64,000 bases of DNA from Minisyncoccota bacterium (lineage in GTDB: Bacteria; Patescibacteriota; Minisyncoccia; Phycocordibacterales; SBAW01): contig JAGOUZ010000001.1 of the NCBI GenBank assembly GCA_018060985.1, forward strand, positions 21,057 to 85,056, in the 5' to 3' direction. Position 1 is the stretch's first letter. Each line of letters opens with the position of its first letter. Made by a program: the position numbers and the translations under genes. Positions 10,130-19,795 of the stretch are shown here, piece by piece. The notes under the pieces were generated by a model. The model searched no databases, was not told the DNA's origin, and saw only the letters and a list, made by a program, of their open reading frames with translations.

Positions 10130-10564
10130 CTACAGAATCCTTAGGTCTCCCAGGGTCTGGGCCATCTGCTCGGCATTTGCCTCTATCTGGCGTGTGTACT
10201 CTGACCAAGCACTTTCGCTCCAGAGTTCTACCCGATCGGACACTCCTGCAAGGACTACTGTCGAACCTAACTTAGCGAATTCTTTAAGAAAGTCTGGGAT
10301 GAGGACGCGGCCTGCTCCGTCCACCTCAACCTCAACGGCGCCAGCGAGCAAAAACCTGCTCATGCCTCGCGCGGTTGCTTCGCCGAACGGCAGCTTCTCA
10401 AGTTTTGCCGCTATCTCGTTCCATGTCCGTACGGGAAACAGAAAGAGACATTGGTCTAGCCCTCGAGTAATGACAACCTGTTCGCCGATTTCCTTTCGGA
10501 ATTTCGCCGGGAGAGAGAGGCGTTTTTTGGAGTCTAATGTGTGTTTGTATTCTCCAATCAACAT
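10130..10564 (-). CDS. mraZ: transcriptional regulator MraZ
   Basis: MLIGEYKHTLDSKKRLSLP typical MraZ N-terminus; start trimmed to that Met. Confidence 0.8.
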   Translation of the reverse strand: MLIGEYKHTLDSKKRLSLPAKFRKEIGEQVVITRGLDQCLFLFPVRTWNEIAAKLEKLPFGEATARGMSRFLLAGAVEVEVDGAGRVLIPDFLKEFAKLGSTVVLAGVSDRVELWSESAWSEYTRQIEANAEQMAQTLGDLRIL

Positions 10565-10632
10565 AATCCCACTCTGTCCCACTAGACTAGAGTATACAAC
10601 CACTCTACCCCACCTAGGGCACTTATACACAA

Positions 10633-10661
10633 CTTGACAGAATGTTTTCTATATGCTATAC
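10633..10661 (+). promoter_or_regulatory. sigma70-like promoter TTGACA-N17-TATACT
   Basis: near-consensus -35/-10 with 17-bp spacer. Confidence 0.4.
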
Positions 10662-10719
10662 TCTTTAATGGAAGTACAGGGAGGCGTTCAGCATTCACCC
10701 CCTAGTAGGAGTAGATGAC

Positions 10720-10851
10720 ATGAACGTCCAAACAAAACAATTTCTTATCATGTGCGGCATCGCTTTCTTTCTCTGCTTTTCAGTCACCGTAATCGCCTCT
10801 GACGCGATGGAACGGGTCGGACTTGAGATGCAGGAGATGCTTTGCCACTAA
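10720..10851 (+). CDS. small hydrophobic protein, 43 aa (not in ORF track)
   Basis: ATG preceded by AGGAG at -8, consensus promoter upstream, TM-like N-terminus MNVQTKQFLIMCGIAFFLCF. Confidence 0.4.
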   Translation: MNVQTKQFLIMCGIAFFLCFSVTVIASDAMERVGLEMQEMLCH

Positions 10852-10892
10852 CGAAGAGGGCGCCTCGGAGAAATCCAGGCGCCCTTTAACTT

Positions 10893-12437
10893 TTATTGAG
10901 TTACGTCTTTGAGTCTTTGCACTACAAACTCTTTTTTGAGTGACGAAAGGAACCATCCTGCCTGTGGACCCGATGTTTTATCTAAAAACGAACGGTAAAT
11001 TGCACCAAACAGCTCTGCTGGCGTAATTTTTTGAGTTTCTTTTATATCGTGAAGCTTTTTATGCAACTCTTCTCCACCTGGCATTGCCGGAGCAATTTCA
11101 ATAAAGCTTAAGAGCTCTCGCAGGGCTGCTTTTTGAGTGTCGTTAAGCGAGCGCGCTGCTTCAGGAGTAGATTCCTGCAGCTTAAAGACAAACTTCTCTG
11201 GTGCGTACTGCTCTAACCAGCGCTTTGCATACATTGCGCGCTCATCAAGCTCGGCTTTTTCGGCATCAGGAAACGACGTATAGAGGTCCATATGCGGCAT
11301 CTGCACCATAAATGCCACTTGGCTAAAGCGTGGCAGTACTGATTGCGCGGGAATCTTCCGGTCAGGATGTATCAGCTCAAACAGCCGTGCATAATCGTCT
11401 TTTGTGTCAGTCCAATACCCTGCCGCCAACTTGTCATATTGATCGTAGAGCACGGGTATAGTGTCGCCTTCTGGATCAAAGTTAAATGCTTGGTTAATTT
11501 CTTTCCCCATGAGCGCAAGACGGAAGATCTTTGCCGGCACGAGTTCAGAAATTTCTTTGGCGCTGCTTCCCCGCCCCTTGCTAGACGACATCTTCTTGCC
11601 GCCAACCAAAAAGAACTCATACGGCGCATCCATCGGTGCATCGTACTCAAATATTTCTTTAGCAATATGTGCAGCCACATCTCTCGCGCCGCCCTTGGTC
11701 GAGTGGTCTTTACCGGCGCCTTCTACCATAACGCCCACCACTTTCCATTTTGCCGGCCACTCAACTTTGAACGGGAACTTTGCCTTGCCGCCAAACGGAG
11801 AGACTTTGCCTTCGTGTGAGCAACCTTGCGCCCACTTCACCATCGTGGGTTCGCATTTGTACGACACCTCGCTGCCATCCCATGCAAACACGCGGGTTGT
11901 GCCTACTTTGCCGCACTGCTCACAAATAACCGCAAGTGGAAACCAATCTTCTGGCTTTTGTGAGCCAGAAACTTCTTTATAGATCCGGCGAATATCAGCA
12001 GCATGGTCGAGCGCTATGCGAATCACTTCATCCATCTTCCCCGCAAAGTAGAGCTCGCTCACGTTGTAGAACGTAGGAGTAAAACCTGTTTTTGTGATTA
12101 CCTCTTTAAACTCTTCTGCAAAATATTCTGCGAAGTTTTTTGCCTTGCCATCTGGCGATGGGATATTCCGAAGTGGCTGACCCATATACTGCCGAAAATC
12201 TTCAGGCAAGTATTCTGGAAACCCGTCCATCGGGTCCATGTCGTTAAACTCATAGTTAAAAGTGTTGCCTACACCCTGTTCGGTAAGCGCCTCGGCTATT
12301 GCTCCGTGTATGGCCACGCCGCGCATAGAGCCGACGTGCACACGGCCAGAAGGCGTCTTTTCGTCACGAATAAGGATTTCCTTTCCCTTTCCGTAGCGTT
12401 CAGTAATTTCGCCGGCAAGCCGGTCTGCCCAAAACAT
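10893..12437 (-). CDS. lysK: class I lysyl-tRNA synthetase
   Basis: class I LysRS architecture, HIGH-like (HVGSMRG) and KMSKS-like (KMSSSKG) motifs, 514 aa. Confidence 0.85.
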   Translation of the reverse strand: MFWADRLAGEITERYGKGKEILIRDEKTPSGRVHVGSMRGVAIHGAIAEALTEQGVGNTFNYEFNDMDPMDGFPEYLPEDFRQYMGQPLRNIPSPDGKAKNFAEYFAEEFKEVITKTGFTPTFYNVSELYFAGKMDEVIRIALDHAADIRRIYKEVSGSQKPEDWFPLAVICEQCGKVGTTRVFAWDGSEVSYKCEPTMVKWAQGCSHEGKVSPFGGKAKFPFKVEWPAKWKVVGVMVEGAGKDHSTKGGARDVAAHIAKEIFEYDAPMDAPYEFFLVGGKKMSSSKGRGSSAKEISELVPAKIFRLALMGKEINQAFNFDPEGDTIPVLYDQYDKLAAGYWTDTKDDYARLFELIHPDRKIPAQSVLPRFSQVAFMVQMPHMDLYTSFPDAEKAELDERAMYAKRWLEQYAPEKFVFKLQESTPEAARSLNDTQKAALRELLSFIEIAPAMPGGEELHKKLHDIKETQKITPAELFGAIYRSFLDKTSGPQAGWFLSSLKKEFVVQRLKDVTQ

Positions 12438-12455
12438 AGGCTAATGGTAGCCTAT

Positions 12456-12920
12456 TTATTCAACCTTGAGAATCTTGTACTTCTGAGCGCCTTTAGGAGT
12501 GTGGAATGAGAACTCATCCCCTTTCTTTTTGTTTAGGAGTGCACTGCCAAGCGGTGAGTGGTAGGAAATTTTGCCGGCAAACATGTCGGACTCTTCGGCG
12601 CCTACAATGGTGTAGCTTTTCTTTTCATCAGCACCGAGCTTCTGCACGGTAACGGTAGAACCCATACCGATGTTCTCAGATTTCTTACCCTCTACAACAA
12701 TTTTAGCGTTTTTGAGTACGTGTTCAATTTTGCCTATGCGCTCTTCTACTGCAGCCTGCATCTCGCGAGCCTCCTGGTATTCTGCATTTTCTGAAAGGTC
12801 ACCAAGCGAGCGGGCATACTCAAGCTGCTCCGCAACTTCTTTGCGACGCACCGTACGCAGCTCATCGAGCTCGCGGGTTAGTTCCTCGAATTTTTCACGG
12901 GACATTAGTTCTTCTGCCAT
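12456..12920 (-). CDS. greA: transcription elongation factor GreA
   Basis: GreA N-terminal coiled coil and C-terminal FKBP-like domain pattern, 154 aa. Confidence 0.85.
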   Translation of the reverse strand: MAEELMSREKFEELTRELDELRTVRRKEVAEQLEYARSLGDLSENAEYQEAREMQAAVEERIGKIEHVLKNAKIVVEGKKSENIGMGSTVTVQKLGADEKKSYTIVGAEESDMFAGKISYHSPLGSALLNKKKGDEFSFHTPKGAQKYKILKVE

Positions 12921-12962
12921 ATAAAAAGTGTTTGAGAAAGTGTACAGGAACTGGGGTCAAAG

Positions 12963-14642
12963 TCAATCAACATACTGCGGTGCATGCTGATTTAACCACC
13001 ACAAAAACTCGTTCATGGCGGCCGGGGCACCGGTTGCTGTATGTGCTGGAGCGCGCTCAAGGACCACCGCAAAGGCATAGCGTGGTGCTTCGTAAGGGAA
13101 AAATCCTACCACCCAAGAATTCATAAATTCATTTTTAACGCCTACCTGCGCTGTGCCGGTTTTCCCCGCCACATGGACAAACGGCATGTTAACCGCAACG
13201 GCAGTGCCTTCCGTCGCAGCAAGACGCATGCCTTCTCGTGCCACCTCAAACGCATGTGCAGTAAGTGGCAATCGCGTGCTTTTGGGAGTAGTACTTGCAA
13301 TCAACGTTGGAGTGAGCAAGGTGCCTCCGTTCGCTACCGTGGCCACCATGCGCGCCATCTGAAGCGGTGTTACCTGGACACCATACTGCCCTATTGCAGT
13401 GTTGTACGTGTCGCCTAGGCGCCAAGGATCGCCATTAAAGGTCTCTTCCTTCCACTCGGGCGTAGGTATAGTTCCAGCCGGCTCATTAAAGCCCGCAAGA
13501 CCAGTTGCGTTGCCGAGGCCAAAAAGCTGCAGGTAGCGATCGATAGTGGCAATGCCCAAACCTTTTTGATCCTTATACCCTCCGCCAACGGCATAAAAGT
13601 ACACGTCAGAAGAAACTGCTATAGCATGGCGCATGTCTACCAGCCCGTGTGCCTTCCAGTCTTTAAATACCGATGGTTTATCTGGGAAGTACGGGTTTGG
13701 AATGCTAATCGAGCCGGTGCTCAGAATTTGTTTATTCTCGCTGATGATACCTTCTGAGAGTGCGGCGATCGCCACAACTGGCTTAACAATAGACCCAGGC
13801 GAATAGAGGCCTGAGATCGCACGATTAATAAACGGCTGGCGCGTATCAGCAAGAAGTCCCGCGAGTGTTTCCTCATGACCGCCCAGCATATCTTGAGGCG
13901 AATATTCGGGATAACTGGTTATAGCGAGTAACTCTCCCGTCTGCACATCGATAATAACTCCTGACCCTCCCTGATACTTAGACTCTTGTGCACGTTTCGC
14001 TATCGAGTCGTGCAGAGCCTGGGTTACCTCTGCATCTAATGAAAGTGCGAGCGTAGTGCCGGTTACCGGAGTACGCTGAGCACTTTCTGAAATTATGTTT
14101 CCTTTTGCATCAGTTTCAGTAAGGCGGGTACCGTTTTTGCCCGCGAGCATTTCATCATAGATTTTCTCCACACCCTCTATGCCCGAAAACGAGAAGCGGT
14201 AGTAGTGGCCCGACGTGTCTTTGGTCGGAGCTTTGGCGTAGCCGAGAATATGCGCGATGCCGCGGTACGGCGCATATACCCGTTCGGCAAAGTCGTCGTC
14301 GGCATTTGCGCGGACATTAAACGCAAGTTCCGCGCCGGTGCGGTCGGTGATAAGCCCGCGGTCGGCAAACACAATCGCTTCCTCTAGTTTGTTTTCTGCC
14401 GCTTGTTTGGCGTAGGTAGCGCCGTTGACTATCTGTAAATTGAGTGCCTGTACTCCGTAGATACTAAACAACACCGCGATAAGTCCGCCAGCAAGAATAT
14501 GTGAACGATAGGACAACGGCCGCTCCATCCTGCCCTCAAACTGGTCGGTATCAAATTCGGCCGGATTCGATGCATCAATGAGAATTTCGTCTGGATGGAT
14601 CTCGTTCGCGCGGCTCTTTTTTCTCCATCGCCGTAGAATCAT
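12963..14642 (-). CDS. mrdA: penicillin-binding protein 2 (elongasome transpeptidase)
   Basis: SxxK (SIVK), SxD/N (SSD), KTG (AGKTGTA); immediately downstream of mreBCD. Confidence 0.85.
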   Translation of the reverse strand: MILRRWRKKSRANEIHPDEILIDASNPAEFDTDQFEGRMERPLSYRSHILAGGLIAVLFSIYGVQALNLQIVNGATYAKQAAENKLEEAIVFADRGLITDRTGAELAFNVRANADDDFAERVYAPYRGIAHILGYAKAPTKDTSGHYYRFSFSGIEGVEKIYDEMLAGKNGTRLTETDAKGNIISESAQRTPVTGTTLALSLDAEVTQALHDSIAKRAQESKYQGGSGVIIDVQTGELLAITSYPEYSPQDMLGGHEETLAGLLADTRQPFINRAISGLYSPGSIVKPVVAIAALSEGIISENKQILSTGSISIPNPYFPDKPSVFKDWKAHGLVDMRHAIAVSSDVYFYAVGGGYKDQKGLGIATIDRYLQLFGLGNATGLAGFNEPAGTIPTPEWKEETFNGDPWRLGDTYNTAIGQYGVQVTPLQMARMVATVANGGTLLTPTLIASTTPKSTRLPLTAHAFEVAREGMRLAATEGTAVAVNMPFVHVAGKTGTAQVGVKNEFMNSWVVGFFPYEAPRYAFAVVLERAPAHTATGAPAAMNEFLWWLNQHAPQYVD

Positions 14643-14657
14643 GGGATCCTATTGTAG

Positions 14658-14948
14658 CTAATCGAGTCTCTCTTGAGAAGTTTTGTCCAACAAATATCGC
14701 ATAGTCCAGAATCGAACGACAATGACTCCAAGCGCCACTATAGTAAATGGAAATACCAGTACATACAGGGTGCCGGTCGGTGCTCCGTAGGCAAGGTCGA
14801 GTAAAAATCCAACCGGTATGGCATACCAGCCTCTACCGACACAGCCCATAGCGATAATGCCAAGGAGAGCCAGGGGCCAGAACTGCAGCAAGAATCCTGC
14901 CGACGTAAGCAGGAACGTGAGCGCTAAAAGCATGCGAGTAGTCGTCAT
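14658..14948 (-). CDS. mreD: rod shape-determining protein MreD
   Basis: small polytopic membrane protein after mreC. Confidence 0.6.
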   Translation of the reverse strand: MTTTRMLLALTFLLTSAGFLLQFWPLALLGIIAMGCVGRGWYAIPVGFLLDLAYGAPTGTLYVLVFPFTIVALGVIVVRFWTMRYLLDKTSQERLD

Positions 14949-14952
14949 ACGA

Positions 14953-15663
14953 TTATGGTTTACGTACTTCAACAAACCTAAGGGTAAAAGGATTAGTTGG
15001 CATGTGCATGTATACCGTTTGGAACGACTCGCCCGGCAGGGCTTCTACATATGATACACTCGCCGCAAACACCGGGACAATATTTGAGAAGATAACGGTC
15101 TGGCCTACCTCAACGGGTGTACCTTGTGGAATTTTACCAACAAAAGAGCCTGCGCCCTGGCCTTCAAGCGAAATAGGTACTGACCCGCCTTCAGAAAATA
15201 TAAGTGCATCGTGCGTTTGGCCAGGTGCAGAAAAAAGAGTAGCTCGTGCCGTGCTGCCATAGACTTCTGTAATGGCACCGATAACAACCGTTCCACCGGC
15301 AAAGACAAGATCTCCGACCGCCACGTCGTTACGCCTTCCCACATCGAGAATCAGCGTATCGTAGGGCGTGCCAGGCGGGCGCAACAGTATTGCAGCAAGG
15401 AGCGAGCGCTCACCTTCCGGTACGCGGCCTAGACGCGCTTTGAGGCGCAGATTTTCTTCGTACAAGAGATTGCGATCGAGCAAAAGTACTGACGATGAAG
15501 CCACTTCCTCGCGCAGGCGCTCAAGCTCGCTCTGAGACGACTCTCTTCCGATATGCAGCACTGGTTCGGCAAAAAACCAAAACGCTTGGGTTAAGGGCTG
15601 GCGCCAAACAGCCAATATCGCTATCACCAACAGACAGAGCAGCACCAAAAGGAACATCCGCAT
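14953..15663 (-). CDS. mreC: rod shape-determining protein MreC
   Basis: N-terminal TM, coiled coil, beta-rich C-terminus; position after mreB; start trimmed to internal Met. Confidence 0.75.
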   Translation of the reverse strand: MRMFLLVLLCLLVIAILAVWRQPLTQAFWFFAEPVLHIGRESSQSELERLREEVASSSVLLLDRNLLYEENLRLKARLGRVPEGERSLLAAILLRPPGTPYDTLILDVGRRNDVAVGDLVFAGGTVVIGAITEVYGSTARATLFSAPGQTHDALIFSEGGSVPISLEGQGAGSFVGKIPQGTPVEVGQTVIFSNIVPVFAASVSYVEALPGESFQTVYMHMPTNPFTLRFVEVRKP

Positions 15664-15685
15664 GCCCTCTCCTCTGCGCCGACGT

Positions 15686-16741
15686 TTAGGAGATATCGTC
15701 GTCATGTTCTAAAAATACGTCGCGGTGCGCCTCTGGATTCTCCAAAATAACTCCGGTGCCGCGAGCGACAGCGGTCAACGGGTCGTCAGCAACCATAACC
15801 GGCACCTTGAGCCATTGTGTTAAAAGCGAGTCGAGACCTTTTAGCTGGGCCCCTCCACCCACCAAAATAATACCGTTGCGCATAATGTCAGAAAGAATTT
15901 CAGGCGGCGTAGTTTCGAGGACCTCACGCACGCTTTCAATCAATGTGTCTACAGACGTAGAAATAGCTTCGCGAATATCAGAGTCCGTAATAATAACCTC
16001 GCGCGGCAGGCCGGTAATGAGGTCACGTCCTCGTATAACCGCCTCAAGATGACTTTGTTCTTCGATAACGGATCCGATGGCCATCTTAACGGACTCGGCC
16101 GTCTTTTCGCCGATCAGCATTTTAAACTCGCTACGCACGTGGGAAATAATGTCCTGGTCGAGCTTGTCGCCGGCAACGCGCAAGTTCTTCGCCCGGACAA
16201 TGCCTCCGAGCGAAATAACCGCAATGTCGGTGGTGCCGCCCCCAATGTCGACAATCATGCTGCCGAGCGCTTCTTTAACTGGCAAGCGGATACCGAGCGC
16301 GGCGAGCATCGGCTCCTCGACAATATGCACCTCGCGGGCGCCGGCGTTTTGTGCAGCGTCTTTTACCGCGCGGATCTCCACGTTCGTAATCCCCGACGGT
16401 ACGCCAATGACCGCGCGAGGCCCAAGCAGCTTTTTAGACACGCCTTGTGCGCGGTTTATGAGGTACGCGAGCATTTCTTCGGTTGCCTCAAAGTCAGAGA
16501 CCACGCCATCAACGAGCGGCTTAACGGCAATTAAGTGCCCGGGTGTACGGCCAAGCATTTGTTTGGCACTGGTACCCACCGCCACTACCTGTCCGGTTTT
16601 CTGGTTAAGGGCTACCACTGACGGCTCTGCGACGACAATCCCCTTGCCGCGCAAATACACAAGCGTGTTAGCCGTACCGAGATCAATCCCTACGTCATTC
16701 GAAAGCCAAGGCCGAAATTTATCTTTGAGTGCATCAAACAT
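15686..16741 (-). CDS. mreB: rod shape-determining actin homolog MreB
   Basis: actin-fold motifs DLGTANTLV, DIGGGTTD, LVGGGAQL. Confidence 0.9.
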   Translation of the reverse strand: MFDALKDKFRPWLSNDVGIDLGTANTLVYLRGKGIVVAEPSVVALNQKTGQVVAVGTSAKQMLGRTPGHLIAVKPLVDGVVSDFEATEEMLAYLINRAQGVSKKLLGPRAVIGVPSGITNVEIRAVKDAAQNAGAREVHIVEEPMLAALGIRLPVKEALGSMIVDIGGGTTDIAVISLGGIVRAKNLRVAGDKLDQDIISHVRSEFKMLIGEKTAESVKMAIGSVIEEQSHLEAVIRGRDLITGLPREVIITDSDIREAISTSVDTLIESVREVLETTPPEILSDIMRNGIILVGGGAQLKGLDSLLTQWLKVPVMVADDPLTAVARGTGVILENPEAHRDVFLEHDDDIS

Positions 16742-17993
16742 GTGTGGTTAGCCCGCTGATAAGCTCCGAAGCACTCTTGTGTTCCGTCTTGCCAGTCGCG
16801 CGGTGTACGCACTCGAACTTCCCTGCAGTTAAGGTTTTTTCTGACACAACAACGCGCAGCGGCAGACCAAGGAGGTCGCTGTCTGCAAACTTTTCGCCAG
16901 CACGCGCCTCGCGATCGTCCCACAGTACTTCTATACCCGCCTCTGTTAGCTCGCGATAGAGTTCTTTCGCCTCGCTTGATACTTCCGTATTGCCATTTGA
17001 AAGTTCAATGAGATGCACGCGGTACGGTGCAACACTTTCTGGCCAGACAATGCCTTTGTCATCAGAAAGTACTTCGACAATCGTACCCATGAGCCTCCCC
17101 GGGCCAATACCATACGATCCCATCGTGACTGGCTGTGGTTCGCCCTGCTCATCTTTGTAGGTCAGGCCCAGCGCATCAGAAAAGCGCTTTCCAAGCGGGA
17201 AAATATTCCCCACTTCAATTGCCTTCATCTCTTTAAGATCAGACTTAGCTATGCCCAAGTCGGCCATTACTTCGTCGGTGTATACCTCTTTATTAACTGC
17301 AATGTTTTTGCCTTCATGGACATAAATAATATCTTCGCCCGCATCAGAAACTGTCTGGAATTCATCGCTGTACTTCGAGAACGAGCCGCCAGAAGCGAAG
17401 GTACGATACGTTTTGTCGCCAAGCCCCACACGCTTAAATATTTTTAGATACGCTTCTGCGCACGACTCATAAAATGTTCTGAACTCCTCATCGTTACGAC
17501 TAAAGGAGTAGAGGTCTTTCATTATAAATTCGCGGGAACGCATGATGCCAGACTTGGCACGGAGCTCATTGCGGAACTTTGTCTGAAACTGGTACGCGTA
17601 GCGAGGCAGGTCACGATACGAAGATATATGTTCGCGCATTAAGTTCGTAAGAGGCTCTTCGTGAGTAGGTGCAAGGCCAAGCACCCCTCCGCTTTTGAGC
17701 TCGGTCTTAAACCACACATCAACCTGTTCATCGCTCCAGCGGCCACTCGCCTCCCAATGTTTTGGCTCTTGCAATGTGGTGAGCAACATTTCCTGCCCGC
17801 CTATCTTGTTCATCTCTTCGCGGATCACCCCAATAACTTTTTGGAGCACTCGATACCCGAGCGGCAAATATGTATAAGCACCCGCCATTTCTTTATGTAT
17901 ATATCCGCCTCTTATTAAAAGCTGCGCGTTCTTTGAAACCTCGTCTTTGGGAGCCTCGCGACGAGTCTTAGTAAAAAGCTCTGACTGTCTCAT
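16734..17993 (-). CDS. proS: prolyl-tRNA synthetase (short form without insertion domain)
   Basis: class II aaRS core with ProRS anticodon-binding region, 419 aa. Confidence 0.85.
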   Translation of the reverse strand: MRQSELFTKTRREAPKDEVSKNAQLLIRGGYIHKEMAGAYTYLPLGYRVLQKVIGVIREEMNKIGGQEMLLTTLQEPKHWEASGRWSDEQVDVWFKTELKSGGVLGLAPTHEEPLTNLMREHISSYRDLPRYAYQFQTKFRNELRAKSGIMRSREFIMKDLYSFSRNDEEFRTFYESCAEAYLKIFKRVGLGDKTYRTFASGGSFSKYSDEFQTVSDAGEDIIYVHEGKNIAVNKEVYTDEVMADLGIAKSDLKEMKAIEVGNIFPLGKRFSDALGLTYKDEQGEPQPVTMGSYGIGPGRLMGTIVEVLSDDKGIVWPESVAPYRVHLIELSNGNTEVSSEAKELYRELTEAGIEVLWDDREARAGEKFADSDLLGLPLRVVVSEKTLTAGKFECVHRATGKTEHKSASELISGLTTHV

Positions 17994-18049
17994 ATACGCG
18001 CCATTGTACGGCTAATTATGCAGGGAGGCAAAAGCCACAGGCCAGATAG

Positions 18050-18078
18050 TTGACAATATGTCTAATAGGTGGTATACT
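18050..18078 (+). promoter_or_regulatory. sigma70-like promoter TTGACA-N17-TATACT
   Basis: consensus hexamers in AT-rich host-like DNA just upstream of the GC-rich CDS. Confidence 0.45.
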
Positions 18079-18124
18079 CTTTCTGCCTCAATTCAGGGGT
18101 GGACAATATAGCGAGATCATCGAC

Positions 18125-18652
18125 ATGGGCAAGCAGTTCGGGAAGAAGAAGCGTCCGGAACATCCCCCGCTCGACAAGGCGGTGGAGATCATCGGCATCG
18201 TCACCCTCTGGAACGGGGGCAAGGGCTATGGATTCGTCCAGGCCAATGCCGACCAGCCGTACACCGGCCAGGCGTTCCTGCATGTGACCAAGCTCGGCGA
18301 CCGGGACATCGACATCGGCGTCGGCTCCCCGATCACGTGCAAGGTCGAGCCGGCCAAGAAGATCGGCGATGCGCCGAGTGTCGTCCATGTCCGCGAGATC
18401 GGATCGAGGAGGGCGACCCACAAGATCAAGTTCTTCGACAAGACCAAGGGCTTCGGCTTCATCGAGAATCTCGGCGGCGGCAAGGACATGTTCCTCCACA
18501 TCAATGCGGTCGAGCGGTCCAATCTCGATCCGAGCGACCTCCAGGAAGGAACCCCGGTGATCATCCTCCGCACGGAGGATCAGCCCAAGGGGCCGGCTGC
18601 CTACATCATCGAACTCGCCGCGGTCGGTGCCGACATGGTCGGCGCCAGTTAG
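18125..18652 (+). CDS. tandem cold-shock-domain protein (2x CSD), GC-rich foreign-looking gene
   Basis: two CSD cores (GIVTLWNGGKGYGFVQ; KIKFFDKTKGFGFIE); GC3 near 90% versus genome about 48% GC; mirror ORFs on the opposite strand are artefacts of high GC. Confidence 0.8.
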   Translation: MGKQFGKKKRPEHPPLDKAVEIIGIVTLWNGGKGYGFVQANADQPYTGQAFLHVTKLGDRDIDIGVGSPITCKVEPAKKIGDAPSVVHVREIGSRRATHKIKFFDKTKGFGFIENLGGGKDMFLHINAVERSNLDPSDLQEGTPVIILRTEDQPKGPAAYIIELAAVGADMVGAS

Positions 18653-18676
18653 CCAGTACACCAACCGTGCAGTGCA

Positions 18677-18705
18677 GGGAGTCGCGAATGCGACTCCCTT
18701 TTTTA
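18677..18705 (+). terminator. rho-independent terminator
   Basis: gggagtcgcgaatgcgactccc + ttttttattt. Confidence 0.6.
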
Positions 18706-18706
18706 T

Positions 18707-19792
18707 TTATCCAACCAAACGCACGATGTCGTGATATGACACGACCAGCATCAAGGTAATAAGGAGCCCAAAGCCAGCAAGCGTCAGCGCCATCGTAATC
18801 TTTTTGGAAACTGGACGGCGCAACACGCTTTCGACAGCAATAATAAGCAGTCTGCCACCATCAAGGCCAGGTATCGGAAGCAGGTTAATGATAGCGAGGT
18901 TAATGGAAATAACTGCAGTAAGCACCACCGCCGCTGCAAAGCCGTCGGTTACAGCGCCTGCGCCAATATTTACAATACCGATTGGCCCGGCAACAGTAGT
19001 AAAGTCGGCAACACCGCGTGCAATCTGGACAAAGAACGATGCGAGACCCTGTGCGGTGCCTACCGTCATTTCATATGTAAGCTTTGCACCCTGCACAAGC
19101 GCGAGGTGGACCGGGAGTTTAAGTACGCCGACATCGCCTAGCTGTACGCCGAGCGCTTTGCGGCCCTCTACAAAACCTTCTACTGGGCGCGCAATAAATG
19201 TCTTTTCTTCGTCATCGCGAAGTACTGTGAGTATGATGCTCTCTTCTCCATGTGCGGCGATAAATGACTGCACGTCGTCTGCTGTCTCAAACGTTTGAGG
19301 TGCAATCATGCCGGTGCCCACCGTTTTAACAACATCTTCTGCTAATATCCCTGCCTTTGCTGCGGGCGAGTCTGGCAAGACTGCAGTGATCATTGTTTTA
19401 ACGTCACTCACCTGCCCTGCGTCTGCGCGATCTGCAGCTGAGGGCAGACCCACCATGTAGCCCAGACTGAGGACCAGCCAGGCAAAAAGGATGTTCATCA
19501 CAATGCCTGCAACTACTACTGCCGCCTGTGTGTAGCGCGGCTTTGAGGCAAAACTTCTTGGATCAGAAGCGTTTTCGTTATGATTCTCGCCAAAAATACG
19601 CACAAAGCCACCAAACGGCAGCCAGTTAAAGGAGTACTCGGTCTCCCCTTTTTTAATGGCAAAGAGGCGCGGTGGGAAAAAGATCCCGAACTCCTCTACT
19701 TTAATCTTAGAGAGCTTGGCGACAATAAAGTGGCCGAACTCGTGCACCAAAATAAGTGCAACGAGGATGAGGATGAATATAATAAAAGTCAT
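18707..19792 (-). CDS. rseP: site-2 protease RseP (M50) with PDZ domain
   Basis: HExxH (HEFGHF), multi-TM, PDZ-like middle region, LDGG motif. Confidence 0.8.
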   Translation of the reverse strand: MTFIIFILILVALILVHEFGHFIVAKLSKIKVEEFGIFFPPRLFAIKKGETEYSFNWLPFGGFVRIFGENHNENASDPRSFASKPRYTQAAVVVAGIVMNILFAWLVLSLGYMVGLPSAADRADAGQVSDVKTMITAVLPDSPAAKAGILAEDVVKTVGTGMIAPQTFETADDVQSFIAAHGEESIILTVLRDDEEKTFIARPVEGFVEGRKALGVQLGDVGVLKLPVHLALVQGAKLTYEMTVGTAQGLASFFVQIARGVADFTTVAGPIGIVNIGAGAVTDGFAAAVVLTAVISINLAIINLLPIPGLDGGRLLIIAVESVLRRPVSKKITMALTLAGFGLLITLMLVVSYHDIVRLVG

Positions 19793-19795
19793 GAA

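Noticed and set aside
16077-16751. 224-aa plus-strand ORF inside mreB (also 16049-16534, 22829-23305 inside the second mreB)
   Set aside because: Antisense shadow ORFs of conserved actin-fold genes.
18062-18664. 200-aa minus-strand ORF, plus 18226-18573 and 18337-18759, mirroring the cold-shock gene
   Set aside because: Arg/Asp low-complexity translation; long antisense ORFs are expected in about 62% GC DNA; only the plus frame gives cold-shock domains.
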